Counted from the whole stretch's first letter, positions 19,948 through 29,411 are shown. The stretch is 63,697 nucleotides of DNA, filler included, from Actinomycetota bacterium (GCA_009886115.1; 6 parts of 6 records of this genome joined end to end with filler, not necessarily neighbours in it); one strand, 5' to 3'. Made by a program: numbers and translations. The notes: generated from the letters alone by a model not told the origin.

Positions 19948-21129
19948 TCAGCCCAACTCGATGCGCGAGATCGTCCCGTCGCCGCCGTTGGGGATCCAGA
20001 TGGCGCCTTCGCCGAAGACCGGTGTGTCCGGGTTATTGCCGACTCGGATGGTGTCGGTGACTTGGCGGGTGGTGGTGTCGATGCGGCTGATGGTGCCGTC
20101 GCCGATGTTGGCGATCCAGATCGCGTCGTCGGCGTGGACGGGTGTGGATGGGCTGTTGCCGACTCGGATGGTGTCGGTGACTTGGCGGGTGGTGGTGTCG
20201 ATGCGGCTGATGGTGTCGTCGAAGCGGTTGGCGATCCAGATCGCGTCGTCGGCGTGGACGGTTGCGGATGGGCTGTTGCCGACGGGGATGGTTTCGGTGA
20301 CGACGAACGGTTGCCGCTCGGACCCGGAGGTCGTCGATGCCGGGGCGGTGGTGGATGTCGCTCTCCCGCTGCCGGAGCTGGATCCGTCGGTGCCGTCGGT
20401 GGCAGCCCAGAGGCCGACGGCGACGGCGATGACAGCGACGAGCGTCGCCGCGATGACGAGGACGCGGGTTCGTCCCGGTCGGCGTCCCGGGGGACCGTGT
20501 GGCGCGGGGGCGGGCCGCGCGTGCTGGCCAACGACGACGGTGTCGACCAGCGAGGCGGCGACGGGTCGCACGGACGCAGGCGCAGCGTCCCCGAATCCGG
20601 TATCGGTCCGAGCATCGACGAGCGGGCCCGTCGCCGCGTCGAGGGCAGGTTCGGCGGCAGGAGTCGGGAATCCGGGATCGGTACGCGGTTCGATGAGGAC
20701 CGCTGGAAGATCGTCGTCGACGGGTTCGGCCTTGGTGTCATCGGGTTCGTCGTCGGCGATGATCAGGATCTCGGGGAGGGCGGGCAGCGGCTGGGCGGGG
20801 GCCGGGGTGACCGCTGGGACTGGTGGCGAGTCGGCGGTCGCACCATCGGCGCCGTCTACGACCGCTGCGCCCCCGTCATCGAGCGTGCCACCGTCGGCTC
20901 CAGGGGCGCGGTCGGCTCCAGGGGCGCCGCCGGCTTCGCCAGCAACGACGGCAGCATGCTCGACGACGGTGGCATGATCAGGTTCACCAGCACGGCGAGA
21001 ACCCCCGACAGGACGAGAACCCCGAGCGTCGCCGCCGCGACCGTCGCGGGCGGGTGCGGGCTCGCCGTGGTCGGCGTCGTCACCGGCAATGGCGAGCTCA
21101 CGCCACGTCTGCACATCGGACAGCGCCAC
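19948..21129 (-). CDS. membrane-anchored YVTN/YncE-type beta-propeller repeat protein
   Basis: Low-complexity N-terminus, TM segment VLVIAATLVAVIAVAVGLW and three 40-aa repeats (TIRVGNSP...IWIAN..D.TISRID). Start uncertain. Confidence 0.72.
   Translation of the reverse strand: MALSDVQTWRELAIAGDDADHGEPAPARDGRGGDARGSRPVGGSRRAGEPDHATVVEHAAVVAGEAGGAPGADRAPGADGGTLDDGGAAVVDGADGATADSPPVPAVTPAPAQPLPALPEILIIADDEPDDTKAEPVDDDLPAVLIEPRTDPGFPTPAAEPALDAATGPLVDARTDTGFGDAAPASVRPVAASLVDTVVVGQHARPAPAPHGPPGRRPGRTRVLVIAATLVAVIAVAVGLWAATDGTDGSSSGSGRATSTTAPASTTSGSERQPFVVTETIPVGNSPSATVHADDAIWIANRFDDTISRIDTTTRQVTDTIRVGNSPSTPVHADDAIWIANIGDGTISRIDTTTRQVTDTIRVGNNPDTPVFGEGAIWIPNGGDGTISRIELG
19960..20300 (-). repeat. 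120-bp coding tandem repeat, about 3 copies
   Basis: Sequence from 20041 is nearly identical to that from 20161. Confidence 0.9.
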
Positions 21130-21171
21130 CGCGTCACGGCGGCGCTGCGGTGGCGGTGGTGCTACGGCGAA

Positions 21172-21213
21172 CTGGTCGTGGAATCGATCACATGTGATCG
21201 ATTCCACGACCAC
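21172..21213. repeat. palindrome family B, copy 2
   Basis: Perfect 40-bp palindrome TGGTCGTGGAATCGATCACA|TGTGATCGATTCCACGACCA at 21173-21212. Confidence 0.95.
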
Positions 21214-21345
21214 TTCACCGGGACAGCGGCATTCCGGACGCCTACACGGCCCCGGGGTCGGCCCCGCCAGGCGGCTGCCGAGGCGGCCCCGGGTGACCAG
21301 CCGCCGACAGCCAGCGCGGGCCGTCTCCGGTCAGCACAAGGGTTT

Positions 21346-21374
21346 CTGTCATACCCGGCTGGCATCGTGGGTGC
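21346..21374 (+). promoter_or_regulatory. conserved upstream motif, PafBC/RecA-NDp-like, probably leaderless
   Basis: CTGTCATACCCGGCTGGCATCGTGGG, i.e. TGTCAT-N10-CATCGT-N6-ATG. Near-identical to 39646-39675. Confidence 0.65.
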
Positions 21375-22301
21375 ATGAACGAAGCCGAACGTGACGTCAT
21401 CGTGCTGGCGACGGCGCAGTGGGGAGTGTTCACACGTGCGCAGGCGCTCGAGCTTGGGCTGCCCGAGGCCACGCCGAGCCGCCGCGTGCGAGAGGGGCGC
21501 TGGGAGATGGTGCAGCCGCGGGTGTACCGGATCGCCGGGACACGCGGCTCGTTTCGCCAGCGCGCCATGGCGGCCACGTTGTGGGCTGGGCCTGGCTCGG
21601 TGATCTCGGGAGCTGCCGCGGGCCGGCTGTGGGGCCTCGACGACATCCGCACCAGCCAGATCGAGGTGTCGGTGACACGCGATCGCAACCGGCGGGCCAT
21701 CCCGGGAATCGCCGTGCGAGCCGTGCGCACCTTGGCGAGGCCCGACACGTCCGAGCTCGAAGGGATTCCCGTCACCAGCCTGGCCCGTACGGTGATCGAC
21801 CTGGCCCAGACGTGTGACCCGGCGACCCTGGAGGTGGCCATCGACGCAGCGCTGCGCACGGGTCGCACCTCTCCGACGGCAATCCTTCTGCGGGCCAAAG
21901 CCGTGGGCCCCAGGGGACGCCGCGGTACCGGAACCCTCCGAGCGCTTCTCTGGGAACGACGCGCCGGACGGGTCGCATCGGGGAGCGCCCTCGAGACCCG
22001 GGTGCGGCGGATGCTCATCAACGCCGCCCTCCCGCTGCCCGTGTCGCAGTATCGAATTCACGATCGGGGTCGCCACGTCGCCCGGGCCGATTTCGCCTAC
22101 CCCGAGGCGCTCCTGGTGGTCGAGGTGAAGGGTTACCGATGGCGCAGCGGACGAGCGGCCTGGCTGAGCGACGCCATCCGCGACGGCGAGATCGCGGCTC
22201 GGGGGTTTCGCGTGGTCACCATCACCTGGGACGAGGTGCGCTTCGCTCCCGAAAGGGCCGTCGACCGAGTCCGCCGCGCGCTGGGGAGGCTGGCCGCCTG
22301 A
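21375..22301 (+). CDS. AbiEi-like N-terminal domain + DUF559 (Vsr-like) domain protein
   Basis: QWGVFTRAQA...RVY, VTSLARTVIDLA, SALETR, ADFAYP..LVVEVKG and GFRVVTITW motifs. Confidence 0.88.
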   Translation: MNEAERDVIVLATAQWGVFTRAQALELGLPEATPSRRVREGRWEMVQPRVYRIAGTRGSFRQRAMAATLWAGPGSVISGAAAGRLWGLDDIRTSQIEVSVTRDRNRRAIPGIAVRAVRTLARPDTSELEGIPVTSLARTVIDLAQTCDPATLEVAIDAALRTGRTSPTAILLRAKAVGPRGRRGTGTLRALLWERRAGRVASGSALETRVRRMLINAALPLPVSQYRIHDRGRHVARADFAYPEALLVVEVKGYRWRSGRAAWLSDAIRDGEIAARGFRVVTITWDEVRFAPERAVDRVRRALGRLAA

Positions 22302-22325
22302 GCGCCGAGTGGCTGGAACACGGAA

Positions 22326-22367
22326 GTGGTCGTGGAATCGATCACCTGTGATCGAACGCACGACCAC
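22326..22367. repeat. palindrome family B, copy 3
   Basis: GTGGTCGTGGAATCGATCACCTGTGATCGAACGCACGACCAC, 24 nt after the stop. Shares flanks GAA...TCACCGG with copy 2. Confidence 0.92.
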
Positions 22368-22454
22368 GTCACCGGCGGGCGTTGGTGGAGCAAGCCCCCG
22401 GCAAGCCCCCGGTAGCCCCCCGCCCGGCACCCCGCCCTGGCCCAGCGAAGCGTG

Positions 22455-23522
22455 TCAGCCCTTGTAGGTGGTGGTGGCGGCGAGCTCGGCGGCGTTGCGC
22501 ATGAGGTCGACCACGACGGGGCCGAAGCCGAGGAGCTTGTCGTTGTCGCCGGCACCCGAGACGGCCCGCATGTACCCCTGCTCGAGCACGATGGCCAGCT
22601 TCCAGCGGCCGAGGACGATGTAGTAGTCCATGTCGTCGACCTGGCGGCCCGACCGCTCGGAGAAGAACTGCAGCAGCTCCGTCCGTCCGGGCATGCCGGT
22701 GAGGTCGACGTAGGTGGCATCGGAGGCGTCGGAGGTGTCCTCGGGCCAACTGCCCACCACCCAGGCCAGGTCGAGCTTGGGATCGCCGATGGTGCCCATC
22801 TCCCAGTCGATGATGGCCGACAAGCGAGCCGGGGCACCGTGGTCGAACATGACGTTGGCGAACTGGTAGTCGCCGTGCATGAGACCGGGCACGAAGTCGA
22901 GCGGCTTGTGCTCGTTCAGCCACGCCGTCGCTTCTTCGAGGCCTTCGAGCTCACGAGTGCGGACCCGGTCGTAGAAGCGCATCCACCGCTCGACCTGGCG
23001 CTCGTGGAAGCCGTCGGGCCGGCCCAGGTCGCCCAGGCCTCGGGCTTGCCAGTCGACCTTCGACATCTCCGCCACGCCGTTCACGAGCTCGAAGGCCAAG
23101 CCCCGCCTGGCTTCCAGGTCGGTATCGAAGGGTGCCGGCCAACCGTCGGTGTTCATCGGCGACCAACCGTCGACGAACCCCATGAGGTAGAAGGTGCAGC
23201 CGAGCACGCTCTCGTCGGTGCAGACGGCGAACGCCTCGGTGTGGGGCACGTCGGTGCCGTCGAGAGCCTCGATGATCCGCCATTCCCTCACGATGCCCTC
23301 GTTGCGCCCGGCCGGTGCCTTCAGCGGCGGACGGCGAAGCGCACAGCGGAAGTCGCCTCGGGTGATCTCGAAGATCTCGTTCTGGCTCCCGCCGGAGATG
23401 AACCGGTACTCGAGCGGCACACCTTCGCCTGCGATCCCTTGGGAATCCATCCATCGGCCGAGTCGCACCGGGTCGATGAGCGCATCTGTGGGGGCGCTGT
23501 CATGCACGGCGTTGTCGCTCAT
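22455..23522 (-). CDS. phosphotransferase (APH/ACAD10-like) family protein
   Basis: GGSQNE, LRRPP, HGDYQFAN and IIDWEMGTIGDP motifs. Confidence 0.92.
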   Translation of the reverse strand: MSDNAVHDSAPTDALIDPVRLGRWMDSQGIAGEGVPLEYRFISGGSQNEIFEITRGDFRCALRRPPLKAPAGRNEGIVREWRIIEALDGTDVPHTEAFAVCTDESVLGCTFYLMGFVDGWSPMNTDGWPAPFDTDLEARRGLAFELVNGVAEMSKVDWQARGLGDLGRPDGFHERQVERWMRFYDRVRTRELEGLEEATAWLNEHKPLDFVPGLMHGDYQFANVMFDHGAPARLSAIIDWEMGTIGDPKLDLAWVVGSWPEDTSDASDATYVDLTGMPGRTELLQFFSERSGRQVDDMDYYIVLGRWKLAIVLEQGYMRAVSGAGDNDKLLGFGPVVVDLMRNAAELAATTTYKG

Positions 23523-23691
23523 GGCGATGCTCCTCGGGCCGTTCGTCGTTCCTGACCGGAGCGTACCGGCGCTCACCGTGACGCACACGCCGTCGAGCCC
23601 GAAGCCGAGCCGCCTCGCGGCCTCCAGCGTGCAGCGAGCGTCGCAGCCGGTCGCGTTGACCGGGCGTGGTCACGACGACGATGATCAGCGA

Positions 23692-25332
23692 GTGAGCGCT
23701 GCCAACCCATCCACGGACGGCGTCGGGTCGATCGACGTTCCGGTCAGGTCGATCCCGGCCCTGGCGCAGTGGGCCGCCGGGCGCTTCGGCGATCGGGAGG
23801 CGATCGTCGACGGCGATCGGCGGATCAGCTTCGTCGAGCTCGATTCCTTGGCGCTGCAGGCCACGCGGGCGTGCATCGCCAGGGGAGTGAGCCCGGGCGA
23901 CCGCGTTGCCATCTGGGCTCCCAACTCCTGGGAGTGGATCGTGGCCGCGCTCGGAGTGCTCGGCGCCGGCGGCTGGCTGGTACCGCTCAACACCCGCTTC
24001 AAGGGCGACGAGGCGGCCTACGTGCTCGAGAAGGCCGACGTGAGCCTCCTGTTCACCGTCGAGGGCTTCCTCGGCGTCGACTACGTCGCGGTGGCGCGGG
24101 ATGCCGCGCCCCATCTGCGGGCCCTCCGCGAGCCGGTGATCCTCAAAGGCGCGGCTCTCGGCGCAGGGGCCGTGTCGTTCGACGCCTTCCTCGCCACGGG
24201 CGACGCTGTCGATCCGGCCGAGGCCCAGGCCCGTATCGACGCCATCGGCAGCGACGACGTGAGCGACGTGATCTTCACGTCGGGTACGACCGGCCGGCCC
24301 AAGGGCGTGATGCTCCGCCACGGGCCGTCGCTGCGCTGTTACACGATGTTCAGCGAGGGATTCGGGCTGACCGAGGGCGATCGGTACCTCATCGTCAACC
24401 CGTTCTTCCACTGCTTCGGCTACAAGGCCGGCTGGATGGCCTGCCTGCTCACGGGGGCCACTGCCGTGCCCGTGGCGGTCCTCGACGTGGAAGCGGTGCT
24501 GGGCCTCATCGAGCGTGAGCGCATCTCGGCCCTGCCCGGGCCGCCGACGTTGTTCTGGTCGCTGCTCGAGCGCCGCGCCTCGGCCGACTCCCGCCACCAC
24601 GACCTGTCGTCGCTGCGGATCGCGTTCATGGGGGCGGCCGCCATCCCTGCCGAGCTCATCCGCCGGGTCCGTGAGGAGCTGCCGTTCAAGCGGATCACGA
24701 CCGGATACGGCCTCACCGAATGCCACGCGCTCGTGTCGATCACGCGGCCCGATGACCCGCCGGAGTGGATCGCGCGATGGAGCGCAGGGGTGGCGTTCCC
24801 GGGGATGCACGTCCGCATCGTCGATGCTGCCGGAGCGCCCGTCCCGATCGGGGAGCAGGGTGAGATCATGGTGTCGGGGTTCCACATCATGAGCGGGTAC
24901 TACGACGAGCCCGAGCAGACAGCGGCTGCCATCGAGCCCGATGGTTGGCTCCACACGGGCGACATCGGGATGCTGTCCGAGCGCGGCGACATCCGCATCA
25001 CCGACCGGTTGAAGGACATCTACATCTCGGGCGGGTTCAACGTGTCGCCGGCCGAGGTCGAGAGCGTGCTCCTGGGCTACGAGGGCGTCTCCCAGGTGGC
25101 GGTGGTCGGTGCTCCCGACGAGCGCCTGGGCGAGGTGGGGGTGGCGTTCGTGATCGCCCGTCCCGGATCGATCGTCGACGCTTCCGCTCTCATGGTTTGG
25201 GCGCGCGAGCATATGGCGAACTTCAAGGTGCCTCGGCGCGTCGAGATCGTCGAGGCCTTTCCGCTCAACGCCACCGGCAAGGTGCTCAAGGGCGAGCTGC
25301 GGCGACACACGACGATCGAGGAGAAGACATGA
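23692..25332 (+). CDS. acyl-CoA synthetase (FadD3-like)
   Basis: FTSGTTGRPKG, NPFFHCFGYKAG, YGLTE, GWLHTGDIG and GKVLK motifs. Start uncertain. Confidence 0.92.
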   Translation: MSAANPSTDGVGSIDVPVRSIPALAQWAAGRFGDREAIVDGDRRISFVELDSLALQATRACIARGVSPGDRVAIWAPNSWEWIVAALGVLGAGGWLVPLNTRFKGDEAAYVLEKADVSLLFTVEGFLGVDYVAVARDAAPHLRALREPVILKGAALGAGAVSFDAFLATGDAVDPAEAQARIDAIGSDDVSDVIFTSGTTGRPKGVMLRHGPSLRCYTMFSEGFGLTEGDRYLIVNPFFHCFGYKAGWMACLLTGATAVPVAVLDVEAVLGLIERERISALPGPPTLFWSLLERRASADSRHHDLSSLRIAFMGAAAIPAELIRRVREELPFKRITTGYGLTECHALVSITRPDDPPEWIARWSAGVAFPGMHVRIVDAAGAPVPIGEQGEIMVSGFHIMSGYYDEPEQTAAAIEPDGWLHTGDIGMLSERGDIRITDRLKDIYISGGFNVSPAEVESVLLGYEGVSQVAVVGAPDERLGEVGVAFVIARPGSIVDASALMVWAREHMANFKVPRRVEIVEAFPLNATGKVLKGELRRHTTIEEKT

Positions 25333-26606
25333 CGGACGTGACCAACGGGACCGGCGGGACCGATGTCAAGGTGCTGCCGAAGATCGTGAGCGTCGACGAC
25401 CACGTCGTGGAGCCTGCCCACCTGTTCACGTCGTGGCTCCCGGCCAAGTGGCGCGAGCGAGGACCTCGGATCGAGCGCAAGCTCATCGCCGGGGTGCGCA
25501 CCGTGGGCACCGGCGCCTACGAGCTCGACATCTCCGACGACGGCGCGCCGGCCGATTGCTGGCTGTATGACGACCAGATCGTCTACGTGCACAAGTCACA
25601 CGTCGTAATCCCCAAGACGGCCATCCCCGACGGCGACATCTTGCGCTTCGACAAGTCGAAGATGGATCTCCAGTGCATCACCTACGACGACATGTGGCCG
25701 GGTTGCATCGAGCCGAAGGCCCGGATCGCCGACCTGGCGGCGTGCGGCGTCGACGCCTCACTGGGATTCCCCACGATGCCGCGCTTTTGCGGCCAGGTGT
25801 TCCTCGAGGCCACCGACCGCGAGCTCGCGCTGGCCTGTGTGAAGGCCTACAACGACTGGATGGTCGAGGAATGGTGCGGCGATTCCGACGGCCATCTCGT
25901 TCCCCTGTGCCTCGTGCCCTTGTGGGATCCGCAGCTCGCAGCGGCCGAGATCAGGCGTAACGCTGCCCGCGGTGTCAGGGCCATCACGTTCAGCGAGATC
26001 CCGCCGCACCTGGGGCTCCCGAGCATCCACTCCGGTCACTGGGACCCGATGTTCGAGGCCTGTGACGAGACGATGACCACCGTGTGCATGCACATCGGCT
26101 CGTCGTCGAAGATGCCGATCACCTCGGCCGATGCTCCCATCGCCGTCACGGCCACGCTCACGTTCAACAACGCCATGGCCTCGCTCTCCGACTTCTTGTT
26201 CTCGGGTCTGTTCCCCAAGTACCCGAACCTGCGGGTCGCCTATTCCGAGGGCCAGATCGGTTGGCTGCCCTACGTGATCGAGCGGGCCGACGACGTGTGG
26301 GCCACCCACGACGGCTGGATGCACACTCGCAAGACGGTCCCCGAGAAGCCGTCGACCTACTACCACGGCCACGTCTTCGGCTGCTTCTTCCGTGACTTCC
26401 ACGGCGTGAAGTCGCTCGACGAGATCGGCGTCGACAACGTCACCTTCGAGACCGACTACCCGCACACCGACACGACGTGGCCGCACACGCTCAAGTACGT
26501 CGACCAGATGATGGGCCACCTGCCCGACGACGTGGTCTACAAGATCCTGCGCGGCAACGCCCTGCGCATGCTCAGCCTCAACGACGACCTCAAGGTCATC
26601 AACTGA
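25329..26606 (+). CDS. amidohydrolase family protein (amidohydro_2)
   Basis: SVDDHVVEP, AYNDW, MHIGSS, EGQIGW and ETDYPHTD motifs. ATGA overlap. Confidence 0.93.
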   Translation: MTDVTNGTGGTDVKVLPKIVSVDDHVVEPAHLFTSWLPAKWRERGPRIERKLIAGVRTVGTGAYELDISDDGAPADCWLYDDQIVYVHKSHVVIPKTAIPDGDILRFDKSKMDLQCITYDDMWPGCIEPKARIADLAACGVDASLGFPTMPRFCGQVFLEATDRELALACVKAYNDWMVEEWCGDSDGHLVPLCLVPLWDPQLAAAEIRRNAARGVRAITFSEIPPHLGLPSIHSGHWDPMFEACDETMTTVCMHIGSSSKMPITSADAPIAVTATLTFNNAMASLSDFLFSGLFPKYPNLRVAYSEGQIGWLPYVIERADDVWATHDGWMHTRKTVPEKPSTYYHGHVFGCFFRDFHGVKSLDEIGVDNVTFETDYPHTDTTWPHTLKYVDQMMGHLPDDVVYKILRGNALRMLSLNDDLKVIN

Positions 26607-26689
26607 GAGTCGCCGTGGCTGTCGTTCATCGACCTGGCGCTCGCCCGCCTGAACCTGCAGCTCAGTAGCCTACAGCTCAGTAGTTGAAC

Positions 26690-27439
26690 GCTGGCCGAGG
26701 AGCGCCGGGCCCTCTTCGGCCGATTCGGGTTGAGGCTCCCCGTCCATCCGTTCCGGCCGCACGAAGCCGCCGAGATGCTGACGCACCTGACGCCGTCCGA
26801 TCGGGCAGTGGTGTGGGGCCTCCTCGGCGGCGTCCCGCTCTACCTGTCGTGGTGGGATCAGGAGGCCACGGTGCTCGAGAACCCGGCCGAGCTCCGGCTC
26901 ATCGAGCGCGTGGTCCCCGTGACCGACGATCCCTCGAGATCGCGCCGGGTCGTGTACCGGGTCGCCGACAATTGCTTGGCCTTCTGGCTTGGCTCGGCGT
27001 CGTCGATCCGTACCGGGTCGAGATCGACCGAGGCCTGGGCCCGTCGATCCTGCCGGTGCTGCAATCGGCGCTCGACGACTTCATGGGTGCCCGATGGGAG
27101 GACGCGTTCCGCCAGCATCTCCGACGCCTCGCCGGGACAGGAGATCTTGGCGATGTCGTGGGGATCGGCCCCTTCTGGTCTGGCGGAGCCATCGAGATCG
27201 ACGCCGTCTGTCTCGCCGGACGAGACCGCGCTGCAGTATTGGTTGGCGAGGCCACGTGGGCCCGCCGGATCCGGGCGAGCGCGCACGAAGCCGCGTTCGC
27301 ACGCAAGGCCGCCGCTCTGCCCCGAGTGCGCGCTCAGCTTCGCCTGGCGCTGTGTGCTCGCGAACAGATCACTCATGCGGCTCCATCGACCCTGACGGTC
27401 ACGGCCGCCGACATCGTCAACCTGCCCGATTCGGCCTGA
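26690..27439 (+). pseudogene. archaeal-type ATPase / DUF234 family fragment
   Basis: LFGR...PF...GGVPLYL...YRVADN..AFW, then a frameshift near 26990 to ...FMG..WED..RQ...EIDAV...GEATW. No P-loop N-terminus. Confidence 0.75.
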
Positions 27440-27448
27440 AACACCCCT

Positions 27449-27600
27449 CGGGCACCTGGCGGGATGGCCGGAGGCCAGGGGCCGAGTCTCGAGACGTGCA
27501 GCGGTACTCGCCCGCGGCTCGGGGGTGGGGCCCCCCGGGCACCTGGCGGGATGGCCGGAGGCCAGGGGCCGAGTCTCGAGACGTGCAGCGGTACTCGCCC
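27449..27600 (+). repeat. 65-bp direct repeat x2 with 22-bp spacer, cut by contig end
   Basis: 27449-27513 is identical to 27536-27600. Confidence 0.92.
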
Positions 27601-27700
27601 NNNNNNNNNNNNNNNNNNNNNNNNNNNNNNNNNNNNNNNNNNNNTTAATTAATTAANNNNNNNNNNNNNNNNNNNNNNNNNNNNNNNNNNNNNNNNNNNN
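27601..27700. other. artificial scaffold linker
   Basis: N-TTAATTAATTAA-N. Confidence 0.99.
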
Positions 27701-27774
27701 CCCGGCGCCCGGCGCCCGGCGCCCGGCCGCCGGGTCGTGCGATGTCGTACGCTGCCGGGCCGAGAGGAGTGCGC

Positions 27775-28377
27775 ATGACCTACGTTCTGCCCGATCTCAC
27801 CTACGACCCCGGCGCTCTCGAGCCGCACCTCGACGGTCGGATCGTCGAGCTGCACCACGGCAAGCACCACGCCAGCTACGTGGCTGCGACGAACGCCACG
27901 CTCGACCGGCTGGCCCAGGCCCGAGCCGATGATCGGTGGGACTCGATCGTCGGTCTCGAGAAGAGCTTGGCGTTCAACCTCGGCGGTCACGTCCTGCACA
28001 GCCTCTACTGGGCCAACCTGTCGCCCCAAGGCGGGGGCGAGCCCACCGGTGGGTTCGCCGACGCCCTCGGTGGCTCGTTCGGCTCGTTCGCCGCGTTCAA
28101 GGCGCAGTTCACCCAGGCGACCGTCAGCGTGCAGGGCTCGGGCTGGGGGCTGCTCACCTACGAACCGCTCGGCGACGTGCTGATCGTCGAGCAACTCGAG
28201 GTGCACCACCAGTCGACCGTCTTGGGCGGCGTGCCGATCCTGGCGATCGACGCCTGGGAGCACGCCTACTACCTGCAGTACGAGAACCGACGCGCCGAGT
28301 ACATGAGCGCTATCTGGAACGTCGTCGACTGGAGCGACGTCGAGCAGCGCTGGCAGTCGGCCACCAGGGCCGGCTGA
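27775..28377 (+). CDS. sodA: Fe/Mn superoxide dismutase
   Basis: LHHGKHH, FNLGGHVLHSLYW, QGSGW and DAWEHAYY motifs. GAGGAG RBS. Confidence 0.95.
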   Translation: MTYVLPDLTYDPGALEPHLDGRIVELHHGKHHASYVAATNATLDRLAQARADDRWDSIVGLEKSLAFNLGGHVLHSLYWANLSPQGGGEPTGGFADALGGSFGSFAAFKAQFTQATVSVQGSGWGLLTYEPLGDVLIVEQLEVHHQSTVLGGVPILAIDAWEHAYYLQYENRRAEYMSAIWNVVDWSDVEQRWQSATRAG

Positions 28378-28381
28378 GAGG

Positions 28382-29272
28382 TCAGCGCCATCCCGGGAGC
28401 GGCGGCAGCTGTTCGATGTCGGCGACACCTTCACGCCAGTCGCCGGACATCTGCGCCTCGGTGAGCAACCCGAACGATCGCACGACGTTCGCGGCGTCGA
28501 CCAGCTCCCCGTTGAAGATCGACGGGTTGGGACACGTCGCGAGATAGGTCGCGGCCCGGGCGGGCACGCACACCGAGTGGGCCATCGATGGCACGAAGCC
28601 GGCCCGGCTCGTGTCGGCATAACGCTGTTCGGCGATCGACAGCGTGAGACCCGGGTCGAACGTGAGCATCGTGACGCCGTGTGGCGCCAGCTCGCGGCGG
28701 AGCGCCGGGGCCAGACGGTCGGTGACCCCCCGGGTGACGGGGATGGCCATGCCGCACATGCCTTCGCCCGGCATCGGGAGATCGGGGAGCGACAACCACG
28801 AGCAGTTCTGGGTGACGTTCATGACGATCCCACTGCCCCGGGCGACCATCCCCGGGAGCACGAGTCGCACCAGCAGCAACGCCGAGGTGACGTTGATGGC
28901 CACGTGCTCCTCGATCGCCTCCCAGCGAGTGTCGACGAACTGGCTCAGATACGTGCCACCGTCGCTGAAGTCGATGTGGGTGGCGTTCGTGATCAGCACG
29001 TCGATCCGCTGCATCTCCGCGAGCGTCGCATCGACCGCGGCGCGGACGTCGTCCTGGCTCCGCAGATCGAGTCGCAGGGGCAGGGCTCGACCGCCGTGGG
29101 CCCGTACCCGCTCCGCAGTCTCCTCGACCGTCCCCGGCCAGCTCTCGGCGCTCGACGACACGGAGCGGGCCGTGGGCACCACGTCGAAGCCGTGCCGCGC
29201 CAGGTCGATGCACATCGCCCGCCCGATGCCTCGGCTCCCGCCCGTCACCAACGCCACCGGTCGCTCGCTCAT
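28382..29272 (-). CDS. SDR-family oxidoreductase, atypical (no YxxxK)
   Basis: VALVTGGSRGIG and IDVLITNA motifs. The catalytic helix reads MAIPVTRG. Confidence 0.85.
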   Translation of the reverse strand: MSERPVALVTGGSRGIGRAMCIDLARHGFDVVPTARSVSSSAESWPGTVEETAERVRAHGGRALPLRLDLRSQDDVRAAVDATLAEMQRIDVLITNATHIDFSDGGTYLSQFVDTRWEAIEEHVAINVTSALLLVRLVLPGMVARGSGIVMNVTQNCSWLSLPDLPMPGEGMCGMAIPVTRGVTDRLAPALRRELAPHGVTMLTFDPGLTLSIAEQRYADTSRAGFVPSMAHSVCVPARAATYLATCPNPSIFNGELVDAANVVRSFGLLTEAQMSGDWREGVADIEQLPPLPGWR

Positions 29273-29411
29273 CGCATCCCTCCCGGCCGCTCCCGTGCAC
29301 GAACTCCGAGCTTCGGGCTGTCGTCGTACGGATCGTGTCTGGCAATCCCTCGGTTGGCCGGAGTCTGGCGGGCGCACCGTGGCGTGTCCAGCACGGGCGC
29401 ACGACGATCGA

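Noticed and set aside
21375..22301. Calling the AbiEi-domain genes type IV toxin-antitoxin antitoxins
   Set aside because: Neither has an adjacent AbiEii-like toxin. The NTase at 36777 is on another contig and has its own XRE partner.
17930..22367. Classical IS or composite transposon
   Set aside because: No DDE, HUH or serine/tyrosine recombinase gene and no clear target-site duplication seen. Kept only as a hypothesis in the findings.
27449..27600. Possible CRISPR array
   Set aside because: Only two units, a 65-bp repeat with a 22-bp spacer is outside normal CRISPR dimensions, and no cas genes are in the window.
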